Below are positions 36,681 to 49,773 of a stretch of DNA of 64,000 bases, piece after piece. Location: NCBI RefSeq assembly GCF_006345805.1, contig NC_043010.1:17794001-17858000 (forward strand). Reading direction: 5' to 3'. The notes under the pieces were generated by a model, which worked only from the letters and a program-made list of their open reading frames with translations, was not told the origin of the DNA and searched no databases. This DNA is from Octopus sinensis (lineage: Eukaryota). A program made the translations under genes and the position numbers. Position 1 is the first letter of the stretch, and each line of letters begins with the position of its first letter.

Positions 36681-37559
36681 AAAAAAGAGTTTTGCAAACA
36701 ATAATTCATTTTAGTAGCATACTTTTCGGTTAGAAAATGCTTTTTCTTACACACACACACGGCTCCACTTGATTCAGGTGGGAGTAAAAATTTAGATTAC
36801 AATTTATTTTGTTGTTTTTCTTCTACCAATGGACCACGTATGTGTTACTTCAGCATCATCATTCCAGAAACTGTGTTTAACGAGAGAAAAATATTAAAAA
36901 AACATCAATACATGTGTGAGTGAAAAGGGAGGGTGGCTTGGATTGTGCTAGAAACAACAGTGAAACCTCCCTTGAATTGTTCACCTTTTCCTCTGAAAAT
37001 ATTTACAATTTGTTTTGTTCTTGTTTTTACTGAAAAGCTTTTCCATGGCTTTTAAGTTAAAAAAGAAAATGGTCAAAATTGGTTTGGATAGTTATTATTG
37101 TAAGGCTTATAGCGTTCCAAAGAGCCATAACAACAAAATCACTTTAAAATTTTTTTACAAAAATTATACAGGTATTTAAAAAAATTTTCATTCAATAATT
37201 AATATTTTTACATTATGTATACATTAATAGAACAAACTGTCAGTTTTCCAAATAGCAAATTGAAACTTGAAATGAAAACATTAAAATAGAAAGTAAGAGA
37301 CAAATGAAAATGGAATACTCTGCAGTTAATGAAATGAATATCTAAATTTGCGAGAAATTGCAGTTAAAAAATTCAAATAAACTTGAGAAATTGAAATTAT
37401 AGGAAATTTCTTAAAACATGAAGTTGTAAAGATATTTCCAGGCGGTCAACCCTTTAATAATTGCTTTCTTTTAGTACTTTTAGTAATTGTTACACACCTA
37501 ATTAATAATCAGCCTTCTCCGTTATAGTATAGAAGAAGATCTCTCTATGTATATATATA

Positions 37560-37619
<60 letters not shown>

Positions 37620-37640
37620 CATGGTTATCTTTCTTTTTAG

Positions 37641-37733
37641 AGAATGTTTCTTAAGCTTTACGAAGATGCCTTAACCAAATTCTCTAAGTCATCTTCCTGT
37701 GAGAACTCCAAAGCTCAACTCACTCTGACGAAG
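37641..37733 (+). CDS. exon 13 (RMFLKLYE...QLTLTK)
   Basis: ctttttag| ... AAG|gtaaga; 93 nt, phase 0 to 0. Confidence 0.85.
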
Positions 37734-38257
37734 GTAAGACTGTTTTTTTTCTTTTATTTTGTTGAAGATTCTGAGTAAATTCTTGTCTTGGTTTCGGTCA
37801 TTGGACTGTGGCCATGCTGTAGCATTGCATTGTAAAGTTTTCTACCTTGTTATATAGATCGCAGTATTTTATTTCAATCTTCTGGTTATTTTATTGATAT
37901 CTATTTGCCCTGTTGCTAAGTTACATTTTCATGTAAAAGATTACAACTCTCTGTAGCATTACACACACACACACACAGTCTCATGAATGTGTGTGTGTGT
38001 TTACAGATAATAAATATTCAGGCCAGTTTCCCAGTTTGACAATAACTTGTATTCTTCCTCCTCCCAGAGACCTCTAGAAAAATGTCGGTGGAGCTGCCCC
38101 TCTTCCCCACATTAAACCATTAAAGCAAAACCAAAAATCAATAAATAAATGATGGGATTCTGGCCTCATATTGTTTCATAGTTGGGATTGAAAAGTTTAT
38201 ATTTCTAATCGTTATAGAATTCCTAATAAATTCCGTCTTTTTTTTTTTTTTTTGCAG

Positions 38258-38325
38258 ATTTCCGATGTTATTAATTGTCTGGAACAAGAGATTTGTTTAA
38301 TTGAAAAGTTTAAGCCTTCGTTTGA
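38258..38325 (+). CDS. exon 14 (ISDVINCLEQEICLIEKFKPSF)
   Basis: poly-T gcag| ... |gtaagc; 68 nt, phase 0 to 2. Confidence 0.85.
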
Positions 38326-38385
38326 GTAAGCTGGATTCTGATGGTCTTTTATTAAGAAATAGCAGAACTGTTAAAGGAATATGAT

Positions 38386-38757
38386 CAAATAGAAAACCCG
38401 AATGACTGATCGTTGACTCTTTCTCAGTCAGTTGTTGAATTGTTGCAAAGGGATGGTGAAAAGTTGTTAGTAAAAAGAAAGTTAGTGATAGTTAAAGAAA
38501 TGGTTGCAAAACATTGATTTACCCAATACAATAGCGAAGTCTGCCATTAAGATTGAAACCAGAGTAGATTCCAAATAGAAAACCCGAATGACTGATGGTT
38601 GACTCTCTCTCAATCAGTTGTTGAATTGTTGCAAAGAGATGGTGAAAAGTTGTTAGTAAAAAGAAAGTTAGTGATAGTTAAAGAAATGGTTGCAAAACAT
38701 TGATTTATCCAATACAATAGCGAAGTCTGTCATTAAGATTGAAACCAGAGTAGATTT
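38386..38757. repeat. Two-copy tandem duplication, 186-bp period
   Basis: caaatagaaaacccgaatgactgat starts at 38386 and 38572, with few substitutions. Confidence 0.92.
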
Positions 38758-39094
38758 CACAAAAAAAACATGATCATATTTTGTCTCAGGCATCCTTGCT
38801 AACCAACAAAGGGGTTTTAATTTACAGCAAATTGAACCAGTTACACTAAGGGTAGCAGTAGATAAAAGGCAATGGATAAATATTTTGTGGTGATGTTGAC
38901 CAAATCTTTAAATGGGTGTTAAATGTAAATATTGGAAAACCTTTTGTTTTTAAAGATGAGGCTAATAGCCTGAAAATTATAATTTTTTTGCATTAGATAA
39001 CTTTTAAAGTTAAAAGAAAATTCATGTTTATATTTCTGAATTCAATTGTTATGGTTTCAATCCTGCAGCTTTACTTTTCTTTTATTTTCCAAAG

Positions 39095-39182
39095 GTTTGA
39101 CATTGTAGATGAAGCCAAGAAATGTTTATTTAAATATTTAATGAATGACATCCAGAATATATTTAGAAACGAAAACATTACG
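39095..39182 (+). CDS. exon 15 (FDIVDEAKKCLF...NENIT)
   Basis: ttccaaag| ... ACG|gtaaat; 88 nt, phase 2 to 0. Confidence 0.85.
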
Positions 39183-40169
39183 GTAAATATTAAATTTGTT
39201 TTGAAATAACATGGAAAAAATATTTTCCTCAAAATTTAAAATATTCTAAAACAGAAAATCCTGTGAAATTTATGCCTTTCTGCTTTTAATCTGAATATGT
39301 TGCTCTTAAAGATCCTTTTTGCGGGTTATGTAAATATATGCAAATCAGTACCATCTGGATTGATTATAACATAACAATATATCGGAGTTTAATGACCTGT
39401 TTATTAACTTGGTGCTTAATTACCATAAATTTAGTTTTTGATGTTCGTACATCAATTCTTTATATGGACTCCAAACAAAAAAGAAAGAAAATAATTTAAA
39501 ATATATTCAGATTCTTATAATTGAATCAATAATTATTATTTAGAAGAGTCTTCCATAATGGTTGTTGTGTGTTTCTTTAATATTAAGCATTGAATAATGA
39601 GAATTAAATCACCTTCAATGCTCTTTTAAAATAAAATTTTCATTTAATGAATTCTGTAAAAAGCAATACCATAAATCCTTGAGTATAATCTGCATTTTTT
39701 TCCCAAAATTTAAAGGACAAATTCATTAGTGCGTACTTATTTTCTAAGCAATGTCCGAGTCTCTATTTGCTGTCCGGCAATGTTTATTCAGATGCATTTT
39801 GTAACGTCGGGCACGAAAATACCTTAAACTAAGCCTGGAAGCAATGAAGTCATAAAAGAATCATCAATAATTTGCAGTAAGCAACATTTATTAAACGTTA
39901 TTACTGTTATTTCTTTATTTTTTGCAAACAAAATGCACAAAAAAAGCCACATGTTTACATTGTTATATATACAATAATAATAAAGTATGTTACCGTATAC
40001 ATTTTTACAAACCAAGGATGTTATATAGACCTCCTTGACTCAAGTTCAGAGGTACGGCCCCCTAAAAATCATCCCCTGTGTATTATACTCGAGGATTTTC
40101 GGTATATATAATATTGTACATCCATGGATATTGTATTTCATTTCAAACTTATGATGTTTTGTTTTCTAG

Positions 40170-40249
40170 GCAGAAAAAGTGGATTTATATCATCTGGTCG
40201 AACATATCTACCATTTGGATTCCTGCTGGGGTACAAGTTTGTCAGAAAA
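40170..40249 (+). CDS. exon 16 (AEKVDLYHLVEHIYHLDSCWGTSLSE)
   Basis: ttttctag| ... |gtaatc; 80 nt, phase 0 to 2. Confidence 0.8.
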
Positions 40250-40301
40250 GTAATCCTTTAACCTTTTCATTACCAGATTCCTATTGAAATGTTCTGCCTT
40301 T

Positions 40302-40630
40302 CATCATCATCATCATTTAACGTCCACTTTCCATGCTAGCATGGGTTGGACAATTTGACTCAGGTCTGGTGAACCAGATGGCTGCACCAGACTCCAATCT
40401 TGATCTGGCAGAGTTTCTACAGCTGGATGCCCTTCCTAATGCCAATCACTCTGAGAGTGTAGTGGGTGCTTTTTACATGCCACTGGCACAGGAGCCTGTC
40501 ATGTGATACTGGCAACGGCCACGCTCAAATGGTGCTTTTTATGTGCCACCTGCACAGGAGCTAGTCCAGTGGCACTGGCAACGATCTCGCTCGAATGTTT
40601 TTGTCACGTGCCACCAGTACAAGTGCCAGT
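40302..40630 (-). mobile_element. Family C element
   Basis: (CAT)n followed by reverse complement of the family C tail. Confidence 0.8.
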
Positions 40631-41365
40631 GTTTCAGTTAATTTCAAAAACAACAAAGAATTTAGTTGCGTTGATGCAAGATGGGTTGTGGAAAACAATG
40701 AAGGTCGAAGCGAGAAGAGGAGATGCAAAATGGGAAGAGGTGGATGGGGGAAGTGGTGATGCAGGAAGAGTGGTGGGTTGAGATGAAAAGTGAAACAAGT
40801 TGATGCAGACAAAGGAAGTGCACTTCCTGATCTTTAGGTGCTTTTAGCTGCAGCCCTTATCAAAATGATGAGAATATTCCAGCTGTGGCCATCAAATCAT
40901 TATTTAGCATGTCCTTTAGTAAAGTGTGCTTTTAAGGGTAGCTTGGCTGCTATTCCTAATCATTAAGCAACAATTTAAGGGTTTCTTCAGAGTAATCACT
41001 GCAAAAGAAGAAGTGAAATAATTACAATATCAAATCTAAAATTGTTTTAAAAAAACCAGATCAGTGAGGTGTTTATGATTGGCATGCTGACCCTCCCTCC
41101 TGAGATGCCGAAGAATGTTTCAACACACACAAGTTTACTTTACATCAAGAATCTTGAAATCATCATCAACACCACCACCACCACCATGATCATCATCGGT
41201 TTAATGACCACAATCCATGTTGGCATGGGTGGAAGGGTCCAAATGCAAAAATGAAATCTTACAAATAGCTTCTTCAAAAATTTTATTCCTGAGTAATTAA
41301 AACTTCATTGTTTCTGTTGTTTTTGTTTTGTTTTTGTAATTATTCTTTTTTTTTTAATTTTATAG

Positions 41366-41471
41366 TTTAAATATTTGGAAGGTAATGTTGATGCCATCTG
41401 TGATAGAAAAAGTGAAAGAAACCTACCAGACTCTTTGTAAAATTACTGAAAAATCTTTAACACTTGATCAG
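41366..41471 (+). CDS. exon 17 (LNIWKVMLMPSV...KSLTLDQ)
   Basis: ttttatag| ... CAG|gtacaa; 106 nt, phase 2 to 0; MHD1-like helix. Confidence 0.85.
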
Positions 41472-41662
41472 GTACAAAACATTTCTCTCCTTTTGTAAAG
41501 ACTATCAAATGTCTATTTTATCCTTATTTTTATATTTCATAAAACGTTGACTCTGTCTTGTGAGGTTTTATATCAGATGGGGGCAGGAAATGATTTGAAG
41601 ACAATGTTAATTAATTTAAACAAATTGGATGACATTAAATCACTTTTCTCGTTAGTTTTTAT

Positions 41663-41937
41663 GGCACTCTTTCGATATAACTTGACAAAATCAAAACATT
41701 TCACTTCGAGTATTTCCGTGGGTTGTGGAGTAATAGATATAACGAAATTATGCCAGTAATGTCTCATTTTAAATTTGAAGAAAAAATTGCCTTACATATT
41801 TGTTCTTACCTGTTTCATGTTTGTATGTAACATCCGCAAATTTCAAAGCAGAAAACAGAATCGGACTGTCATTTGCTCCCACGGAAATACCCGAAGTGAA
41901 ATGTTTTGATTTTGTCGAGTTATATTGAAAGAATGCC
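41663..41937. mobile_element. MITE with ~60-bp TIRs
   Basis: ggcactctttcgatataacttgacaaaatc...ttccgtggg versus cccacggaa...gattttgtcgagttatattgaaagaatgcc. Confidence 0.8.
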
Positions 41938-41944
41938 GATTTTT

Positions 41945-42340
41945 GGCTGTGTGGTAAGTAGCTTGTCTACCAACCACATGGTTCCGGGTTCAGTCCCACT
42001 GCGTGGCACCTTGGGCAAGTGTCTTCTACTATAGCCTCGGGCCGACCAAAGCCTTGTGAGTGGATTTGGTAGACGGAAACTGAAAGAAGCCCGTCGTATA
42101 TATGTATATATATATATGCGTGTGTGTGTTTGTGTGTCTGTGTTTGTCCCCTAGCATTGCTTGACAACCGATGCTGGTGTGTTTATGTCCCCGTTACTTA
42201 GCGGTTCGGCAAAAGAGACCGATAGAATAAGTACTGGGCTTACAAAAGAATAAGTCCCGGGGTTGAGTTGCTCGATTAAAGGCGGTGCTTCAGCATGGCC
42301 GCAGTCAAATGACTGAAACAAGTAAAAGAGTAAAAAGAGT
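41945..42340 (+). mobile_element. SINE family A, near full length
   Basis: Nearly identical to 19021-19440. Confidence 0.85.
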
Positions 42341-42774
42341 AATATATACATACATACATACGTACATACATGCATTCATATATACGTATGTACAAATATA
42401 TATGTAGCCAGGCAAACTGACAAACAGACAAACAAACAAACAAAGTCAGATGTAATTGCAAGAGAGGAGACTTTGCTGGTCTGGACATGTTGCATGTGAA
42501 GTATGATAAATGGGTAAGGAAGAACCGAGAAATCCAAGTGGAAGGGACTGGCAGATGAAGAATATGAGCAGGGGGAAATATGGTGAAGGTGGGTCTCAGG
42601 AAAGTGAATCTTGTGAAGGAGGTGAAAGAAGGATAGCAACAAATGGTGAATTACTGCGATGGAGCAGACTTGACTGACCTATGGAAAAGTGGACGTGGCG
42701 GAGGTGGCAACGATGACGATGACGTTCATAAACCTTTCTTGGAAATAAATTGTTAAACATTTGTTTACTTTCAG

Positions 42775-42966
42775 TTTAAACCTGAATTATTTTCTGTTGT
42801 TGAGAAAAGCAATGAAATGTGTGGCAAAAGCTGTGTTCCTCAGTTGATGGGTTGGAAGCATGTCCTCAGCTCAGTGGTCAGCAATGCTGAAGTAATCTCT
42901 TTGGCAAACTCCAAAACTCACCCTTTACTTTCAATGATGCCAACAAACTCTTTGCTTATGTCGCAG
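42775..42966 (+). CDS. exon 18 (FKPELFSVV...SLLMSQ)
   Basis: actttcag| ... CAG|gtgagt; 192 nt, phase 0 to 0. Confidence 0.85.
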
Positions 42967-43218
42967 GTGAGTGATGCCATCTGTTGCTTAGTTTTACTTA
43001 TTTCTTCCAAGTTCCTTCAAAAATTGCAATTAATTCTAAATTACTATGTAAATGGCTGTGTGGTGATGAAGTTTGCTTTACCATCAGATAGTTCTGGGTT
43101 CAATCCCACAGCACTGCACATTGGCTAATTTTTCAATAAAATTTCAATAAAATATTTATATTGTAGACATTTGTGTTGCCATGTTTAATTTTCCTTCTTA
43201 AATATTTCCGTTGTTTAG

Positions 43219-43561
43219 AAAGAGATGGAACTGATTCTAAAATCCAAGCAGAAACAAGAAGACAAAGATGAAACATTCCAGAGATTATGTAAAGAAGCTG
43301 TTATCAGAAATTGTTGTAGATCTAATTCTTCTTATAACCAAATATCTGCAAGTTCTTTACATCTAGCTTTTAAGATGGAATCTAGTCTGCCCAGGTTAGT
43401 TTTGGATAAGATTTCAATATCAGACTCAACCGATGAACATTCGACCACAAATAGTGTGATATCTGTTTCTTCTTCATCTAGTGAAGATGAATTAGTCAAA
43501 GAGAGTAACCAAGTCTGGAAACAGTTCCTGCAGAGTAAAGCAACTCCTTCAGATGAAGAAG
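43219..43561 (+). CDS. exon 19 (KEMELILK...ATPSDEE), Ser/acidic-rich
   Basis: tgtttag| ... AAG|gtgatt; 343 nt, phase 0 to 1; overlaps track ORF 43225..43596. Confidence 0.85.
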
Positions 43562-43623
43562 GTGATTCACTTTTTAAATATTTCCTTTTTTTTTAATATA
43601 TTTTTATTGTTCAGTGCATGCAG

Positions 43624-43890
43624 AGCAAAGAGATGTATATACAGATATATATATATATATACATATACAGAAAGATGTATATACAGAAATGTATATACAA
43701 AGATATATATATACAAAGAGATGTGTATACAGAGAGATGTATATATAGAGATGTATATACAGAGAGAGAGATATATATATACAGAGAGATGTATACACAG
43801 AGAGATGTATATACAGAGAGATGTATATACAGATATATATATATATATATACATACAGAGAGATGTATATACAGATATGTATATACAAAG
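43624..43890. repeat. Compound minisatellite (agagagatgtatatac-type units mixed with (TA)n)
   Basis: Direct reading; accounts for the low-complexity ORFs here. Confidence 0.85.
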
Positions 43891-44855
43891 ACAGGAACCT
43901 TGAACAAAATTTTTATTACAGGTCTTTATGTTCTATATTCTCTGAGAAAAATTGGATTAAACTGTACAATTTTCTTGTTTCTGTTTTTACGTTGGGGAGC
44001 TAAATGTGTGTGTGTGTGTGTGTGTGTATAAAGCGATGAAACTATATATCAGTGATGGTACCCCAAAAATATACCCAGGACACCCTGTAAAGTAGTTGGC
44101 AAATGAGAATGCATAGAGTTCTGAAGCCCCTTTATTCATGACACTAGTATTAGTGTCATGAAAAATTACTCTGTAAAGTGGTTGGCTATAGGAAGGGCTT
44201 CCAGTTGTAGGGACCAAAACCAAATGACACATACAAACACCATTCTATGGAAGCAGCAGTTCCCAACAAGGAATTACTTGCACCACAATGACTCTTTTAA
44301 TCCATGCCAACACAGAAGTCATATGGTAAATGGCTGCTGCTGCTGCTGCTAACTGTGGTGGTGGTGGTGGTGGCAGCAGCATACAGTATATGCAATAACA
44401 TTTCATCATTAATATATTAAATATATCAAAGATATATTAAATAGATAAAGAATATATATATGAAATATATAACAGTTTTTTTTTAATAATATATAATGAA
44501 GTTGTGTGGAGGCATGGAGGGAGACATTGGGACCAGAATCAAGGGTGGGAGAGTAACATCAGGACCAGAAAGAAGGAGAAATGACATTGGGGTCAAGAAG
44601 CAGGACATTTGAACAGCCTGTTTCTTTGTCGAGATATTGAAGGGAACGGATATGCGGAGGATATCTCTAGAAGGAGAGCAGTTTCTGGCCAGAGACAGGG
44701 GTTGTGTACACGTGTGGGTATGACCATTGAGTTCTGCTGGTCCTTATGAAGCAAAGCTGGACATTCTGTTCTGGTCTTGGGGTAACAGTGTCTCTACTTT
44801 TGCTCTTCCTTGTTCATATTTTTGCTCATCTTTTCTATTCATTTTTTTTAAACAG

Positions 44856-45169
44856 AAGCATATCACCAAACACCCTCCCACAAATGCAACCATTCTACTG
44901 CCAAATCAACTTATACAAATGCAGATTCTTCAACCCAGAAAAGTCGGATTCAGTTATGTTTTGCTGCCGATTATGCTTCACTTCCCAAAGAAGAACAATT
45001 TGCTGTGTTTTTACCCATGTCCAGTTCTGTTATTGATATTATTACTCAACTAAATAGATTTCTTCATCTTGGAAAATACTGGCATCAAAGACTCTGTACC
45101 TCTCTCTCATCATGTAGCAAGTCTTGGATGAACTCTGGAACCATGGATTTGTACAATACTTTTCTGGAA
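44856..45169 (+). CDS. exon 20 (AYHQTPSH...PMSSSVIDIITQLNRF...NTFLE)
   Basis: ttaaacag| ... |gtaagt; 314 nt, phase 1 to 0; S.SV.D...QLN motif of MHD1. Confidence 0.88.
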
Positions 45170-46515
45170 GTAAGTAATTTTTTCAGTTTTTTGCATCTTG
45201 CATTGTGATGATCTTAATACAGTTTATTTATGGTTTAATAAGGAAAAAGGGCAGTGGCCATGATTCTTTGCAGAACTTCCAAGATTTTGGAGAGAAAGAC
45301 TGGAGACTTAGTCTGGGTGCTGGCAATAGAGTAGACTCTACTAGTCAAGGACCAGGTGGGGTTGTTGAAGTGGGTGAAAACAGAGTGGACACCACAACAG
45401 ATACTGTCCCACTGTTTTGTGTATCTTCCTTTAACTTAGCAGTTTATCAAGAAGAGACCAACAGAATACTTAAAATAATTACTTGGGTTGATTTACTTGA
45501 CTAAAGCCTTCAAGACAGTGCCCCAGCATGGTCACAGTCCAATGGATGTGTAGCAAGTCGTAAAAGGTGGTAATATGATGTAATGGTCATGTTGCCCGAA
45601 CAAGTATAATTGTTGGTCTCCCATTGGTTAAAATTACTGCCCCTATTTGAATTCCTAACTTTTGTCAAAGAGAATTCTTTCACGAAATACAGTTCTTAGA
45701 ATTCAGGTATGAGCAGTTAAAAAACCCCTGATTTTTGGGAAATTGATCAGTGATCGTTGGTTGTCAATAGACTCCATGGCACTCACTCCTTTGAGATATT
45801 GGCTATTTTTATGCCATGCCTATTACTTAAATCCAACAAGACTTATTTGAATAGTTGTGTAAAGTCTGATAGTTTAGTATGAAAGAATTAGCTAGTATAA
45901 AATTTATTAACTCTCTGTGACAAATTGCTCTTCTTCTAAATGTATTGTAAATATTAAATGTACATAAATAAACCAATGAAGTAAATATTTTCTCTTTCTT
46001 CATTTTTTTCAATCTGTTAATGAAATTTATTCCTACAACTATGAAACTGTTTTTTATAGTGGTGAAAAAGAACACAAACTTATCTTCAACATACATGCAC
46101 ATTCAACATGTCCGTTAAGCATCTTGATATATATTTCACTATGGCATTTATGTAGCTTGAGTTAAGATTTATGTATAGTGATAACACATATCATTAAGTT
46201 ATAAGTGATGGGTTTATAATATAGATTGCTACTCAAGAAATAAAATATATAAATAAGATAAAACACCCTTATAAAATGGTACCCGATCACCGTTATAAAT
46301 GAAACCAAAAAATAAGGGAATAAAATCATCTGTTGAACCATGATATTTAAATGTGGTGCTTAGAGTATCATTTGAAACCTTACCGGTTATTCTAGGAAAT
46401 TGCTTCAAGTTCTCAAAGTCTTATTCTCATTATGTTTACTGTTATTGTCAATATATTTTCTGTTGTTAATACTCATTAACATCAATTCTGAAAGTCATTC
46501 AATTTAATATTACAG

Positions 46516-46608
46516 TTTGGAATACTTTTGATTGTTAATTATGCTCGGAGTCTGTTAAAAATAGATGCAGTCAATTTTTTGAAAGAAAATCCAAAAGCTG
46601 GAATGAAA
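46516..46608 (+). CDS. exon 21 (FGILLIVNYARSLL...AGMK)
   Basis: attacag| ... |gtaagt; 93 nt, phase 0 to 0. Confidence 0.85.
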
Positions 46609-47339
46609 GTAAGTTTATCTTTCTCATTGAAATTTTGCTAATTGTGAATGTATTTTGTATTATTGTCTTTTGAAGCCAGCAAAAGCTTGCAGAATTATTA
46701 ACACACTGGGCAAAATGCTTACAGAATTTTGTCTTTATGTTCTAAGTTCAAATTCTGTTGAGGTCAACTTTGCCTTTCATGGTTTTGGGGGTTGATGATG
46801 TACCAGTTGTGTGGTATCAGGAACAGTTCTGCTATTGGAAAATGTTGTGCTGACAAAGTTTATTGAGTGAAATTGGTATTTTGCAGACTGCTTAATAAGA
46901 ACTGAATAATTCCAGGCACCTATTTGAAACCATTCTTGTATTGAAACAAGAATTCTGTTTATTTTCCATTTAGACAAAGTTGAAAGTTACCATTTTTGTA
47001 TGGATTAGCAAAACTCTGAATTAATTAATAAATCTTAAAAGCAATAGATTGTGTCCTTCATGATATAAACGACACAACTTGTTGTTAAGAACATTTTAAG
47101 ATACTGGTTTCAAATTTTAGCACAAGGCCAGCAGTTTTGGGGGCGGGGTAAGTCAATTTCAATGGGCTTCTTATTTTGTTGACCCTGAAAAGACGAAAGG
47201 CAAACTAGATTTTAGTGGAATTTGAACTTAGAATGTAAAGATAGATGAAATGCCACTAAGCACTTTGCCTGGCATACTAATAACGCCACCATCTCTCACC
47301 ATTTTGTGATACTAAGATCAAAATTAGAAATAAAATAGA

Positions 47340-48040
47340 AGCACATGGTTCTGGGTTCAGTCCCACTGTTTGGCACCTTGGGCAAGTGTCTTCTACTATA
47401 GCCTCGGGCTGACCAAAGCCTCGTGAGTGGATTTGGTAGATAGAAACTGAAAGAAGACCATCGTGTATATATATATATATATATATAATATATATATATA
47501 TATATGCCAGCACTGAGGCCGATGCCAGTGCTGAGCTGATACCAGCGCCGCCTTGACTGGCTTCCGTATCGGTGGCACATGAAAACCACCAACTGATCGT
47601 GGCCGTTGCCAGCCTCCCCTGGCACCTGTGCCGGTGGCATGTAAAAAGCGCCCACTACACTCACGGAGTGGTTGGCATTAGGAAGGGCTTCCAGCTGTAG
47701 AAGCACTGCCAGACCAGACTGGAGCCTGGTGCAGCCTCCTGGCTTCCCAGACCCCGGTCGAACTGTTGAACCCATGCTAGCATGGAAAATGGACGTTAAA
47801 CGATGATGATGATGATGATGATGACGTGTGTGTGTGTGTCTGTGTTTGTATCCCCATCACCACTTGACTACTGGTGTGGGTGTGTTTACATCCCCATAAC
47901 TTAGCAGTATGGCAAAAGACACCGATAGAATAAGTACCAGGATTAAAAAATAATTACTGGGGTCGATTCATTTGACTAAAAATTCAAGGTGGTGCTCCAG
48001 CATGGCCACAGTCTAATGACTGAAACAAGTAAAAGATAAG
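47340..48040 (+). mobile_element. SINE family A interrupted by a family C element (47505-47825) within its internal microsatellite
   Basis: A head, (TA)n, C body and (GAT)n, (TG)n, A tail. Confidence 0.8.
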
Positions 48041-48159
48041 ATATTTACATCTACACAGTTTTGATTGGTTGGTAGATGACTGGAGATCTGATTGGTTGAA
48101 ATATAAGGAAGGTAATTAAAACATTTTCATTTCTAAAGATTACATTTAAAAAAATAAAT

Positions 48160-48385
48160 AAATGTGCCCTTTTTAAAGCCTAGCCAGGCTCATGGGCCCA
48201 GTTTCTATGGTGTATTTGTTTCCCAGTCCATCGCAGCGTTACTCATTTTTGCCATCTGAGTGGACTGGAGCAACATGAAGTGAAGTGTTTTGCTCAAGGA
48301 CACAACGCATCGTGCGGTCCAGGAATCGAAACCACAATCTTACGATCATGATGCTGACACCCTAACCACTAAGCTGCGGGCCTCC
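48160..48385 (-). mobile_element. tRNA-derived SINE (further family)
   Basis: Minus strand GCTTAGTGGTTAGGGTG..GGTTTCGATTCC followed by TGTGTCCTTGAGCAAAACACTT core. Confidence 0.65.
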
Positions 48386-48550
48386 ACAAAGATTACATTA
48401 ACAACCCAAAAGAAATTGCAATTTCTAAAAAATTTAATTTTGTGAAGAATATGACTATGCTTCGGTCGCTGTAAGCAGCTGGCATGGATAATATTTCTCA
48501 ACATTATTTGAAGGCTGAAATCTGCATGAAATCTATATTCTTCATTTCAG

Positions 48551-48658
48551 ATTCCAAGTGACACAATTTTGAGAGATTCTGACCAACTTTTCAAGAATTT
48601 TGAAACGAAAAATTCACTTCTATACCAACAGTTCTCATCATTCTATTTTACAAAAAAA
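48551..48658 (+). CDS. exon 22 (IPSDTILRD...FYFTKK)
   Basis: catttcag| ... |gtaagt; 108 nt, phase 0 to 0. Confidence 0.8.
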
Positions 48659-49695
48659 GTAAGTTTATTAATTTTGTTTTCATAAATTAGCTGTCAATTT
48701 CTTCAATTAATTCTCAACAAGCTTATTACATAATTTAAACCTTCATTACTTAACTGGATCCCTTCTTATGTAAACAAAATCCTTATTACATAAAATCCTT
48801 ATTAACAACTTTGTCAATGAATCAGTTCTTTGAATAGACTTGGGTTTCTGAATTTTAAGTTAATAATCGAAGAGATACTGTTATTAAGTGGAATGGTAAA
48901 TAATTGGAGAGGGTAATGGTAACAATGTTTCAGAGACTTTCTTCAGCTGTGAAGGGATTTTGTTTGCCCAATGAAAAGAACATATCCTAGACATCAATAA
49001 TTGCAATGAACAATTTTTCTAAATCTTTTTTGAAATTCAATAACCTCAGATGCACAGAAATGTGTGAGAACACAATCTGGAAGACTCTAGGGAGGTGTCA
49101 GTGTTAGGAGGGGAGTCAGTCTTAATTTAAAGGGAAGGGTCTAATAAGCTAAACTGACAAAAATATTGAATGCAATTAAATCAGGATTAAATACAATTAA
49201 ACTTGTCTTTGACCTGGTTCTCTCCAGAAATTCTTCTCATAAACTCTGCTGAACATTCCTTCTAAACCAAAGATGGCTTTGGTCAAGTGGCATGAGAATT
49301 TCTTTTCAGTAGATGAAGAATCATCATCATCATTTAACATCCATTTCCCATGCTGGCACATGGCTTGGATGGTTTGACATGTGATGCCTAGGCCAGCAGG
49401 GCTGCACCAGACTCCAATTATCTGCTTGGCAGGGTTTCTACAGCTGGATGCCCTCCCTAATGCCAGCCACTTTACAGAGTGTACTGGGTGCTTTTTACAT
49501 GGCACCGGCACAGGTGCTCCTCACATGATGTTGGTAGATGCAAGAATCACTTTAAAGATAGTTTCATAATTTCATCGGAAGGTTTCTAAATCTTCACGAA
49601 GATCTGCGGGTGGTCACACTTAGGCTGTCATAAGTGTTTTAAATACTGCTTGAATAAAACAATTTCTCAATAATTTAATATTTCTTAAAATGTAG

Positions 49696-49773
49696 GTTGA
49701 AACCAGAGAGAAAATCCTCACAGAAATACAACACTTGATTGAAATGGTAGTAAAAGATCGTTATTCTAAACAG
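49696..49773 (+). CDS. exon 23 (VETREKILTEIQHLIEMVVKDRYSKQ)
   Basis: aatgtag| ... CAG|gtaact; 78 nt, phase 0 to 0. Confidence 0.8.

Noticed and set aside
44500-44790. Possible retroelement coding remnant on the minus strand
   Set aside because: No diagnostic motif could be read with confidence.
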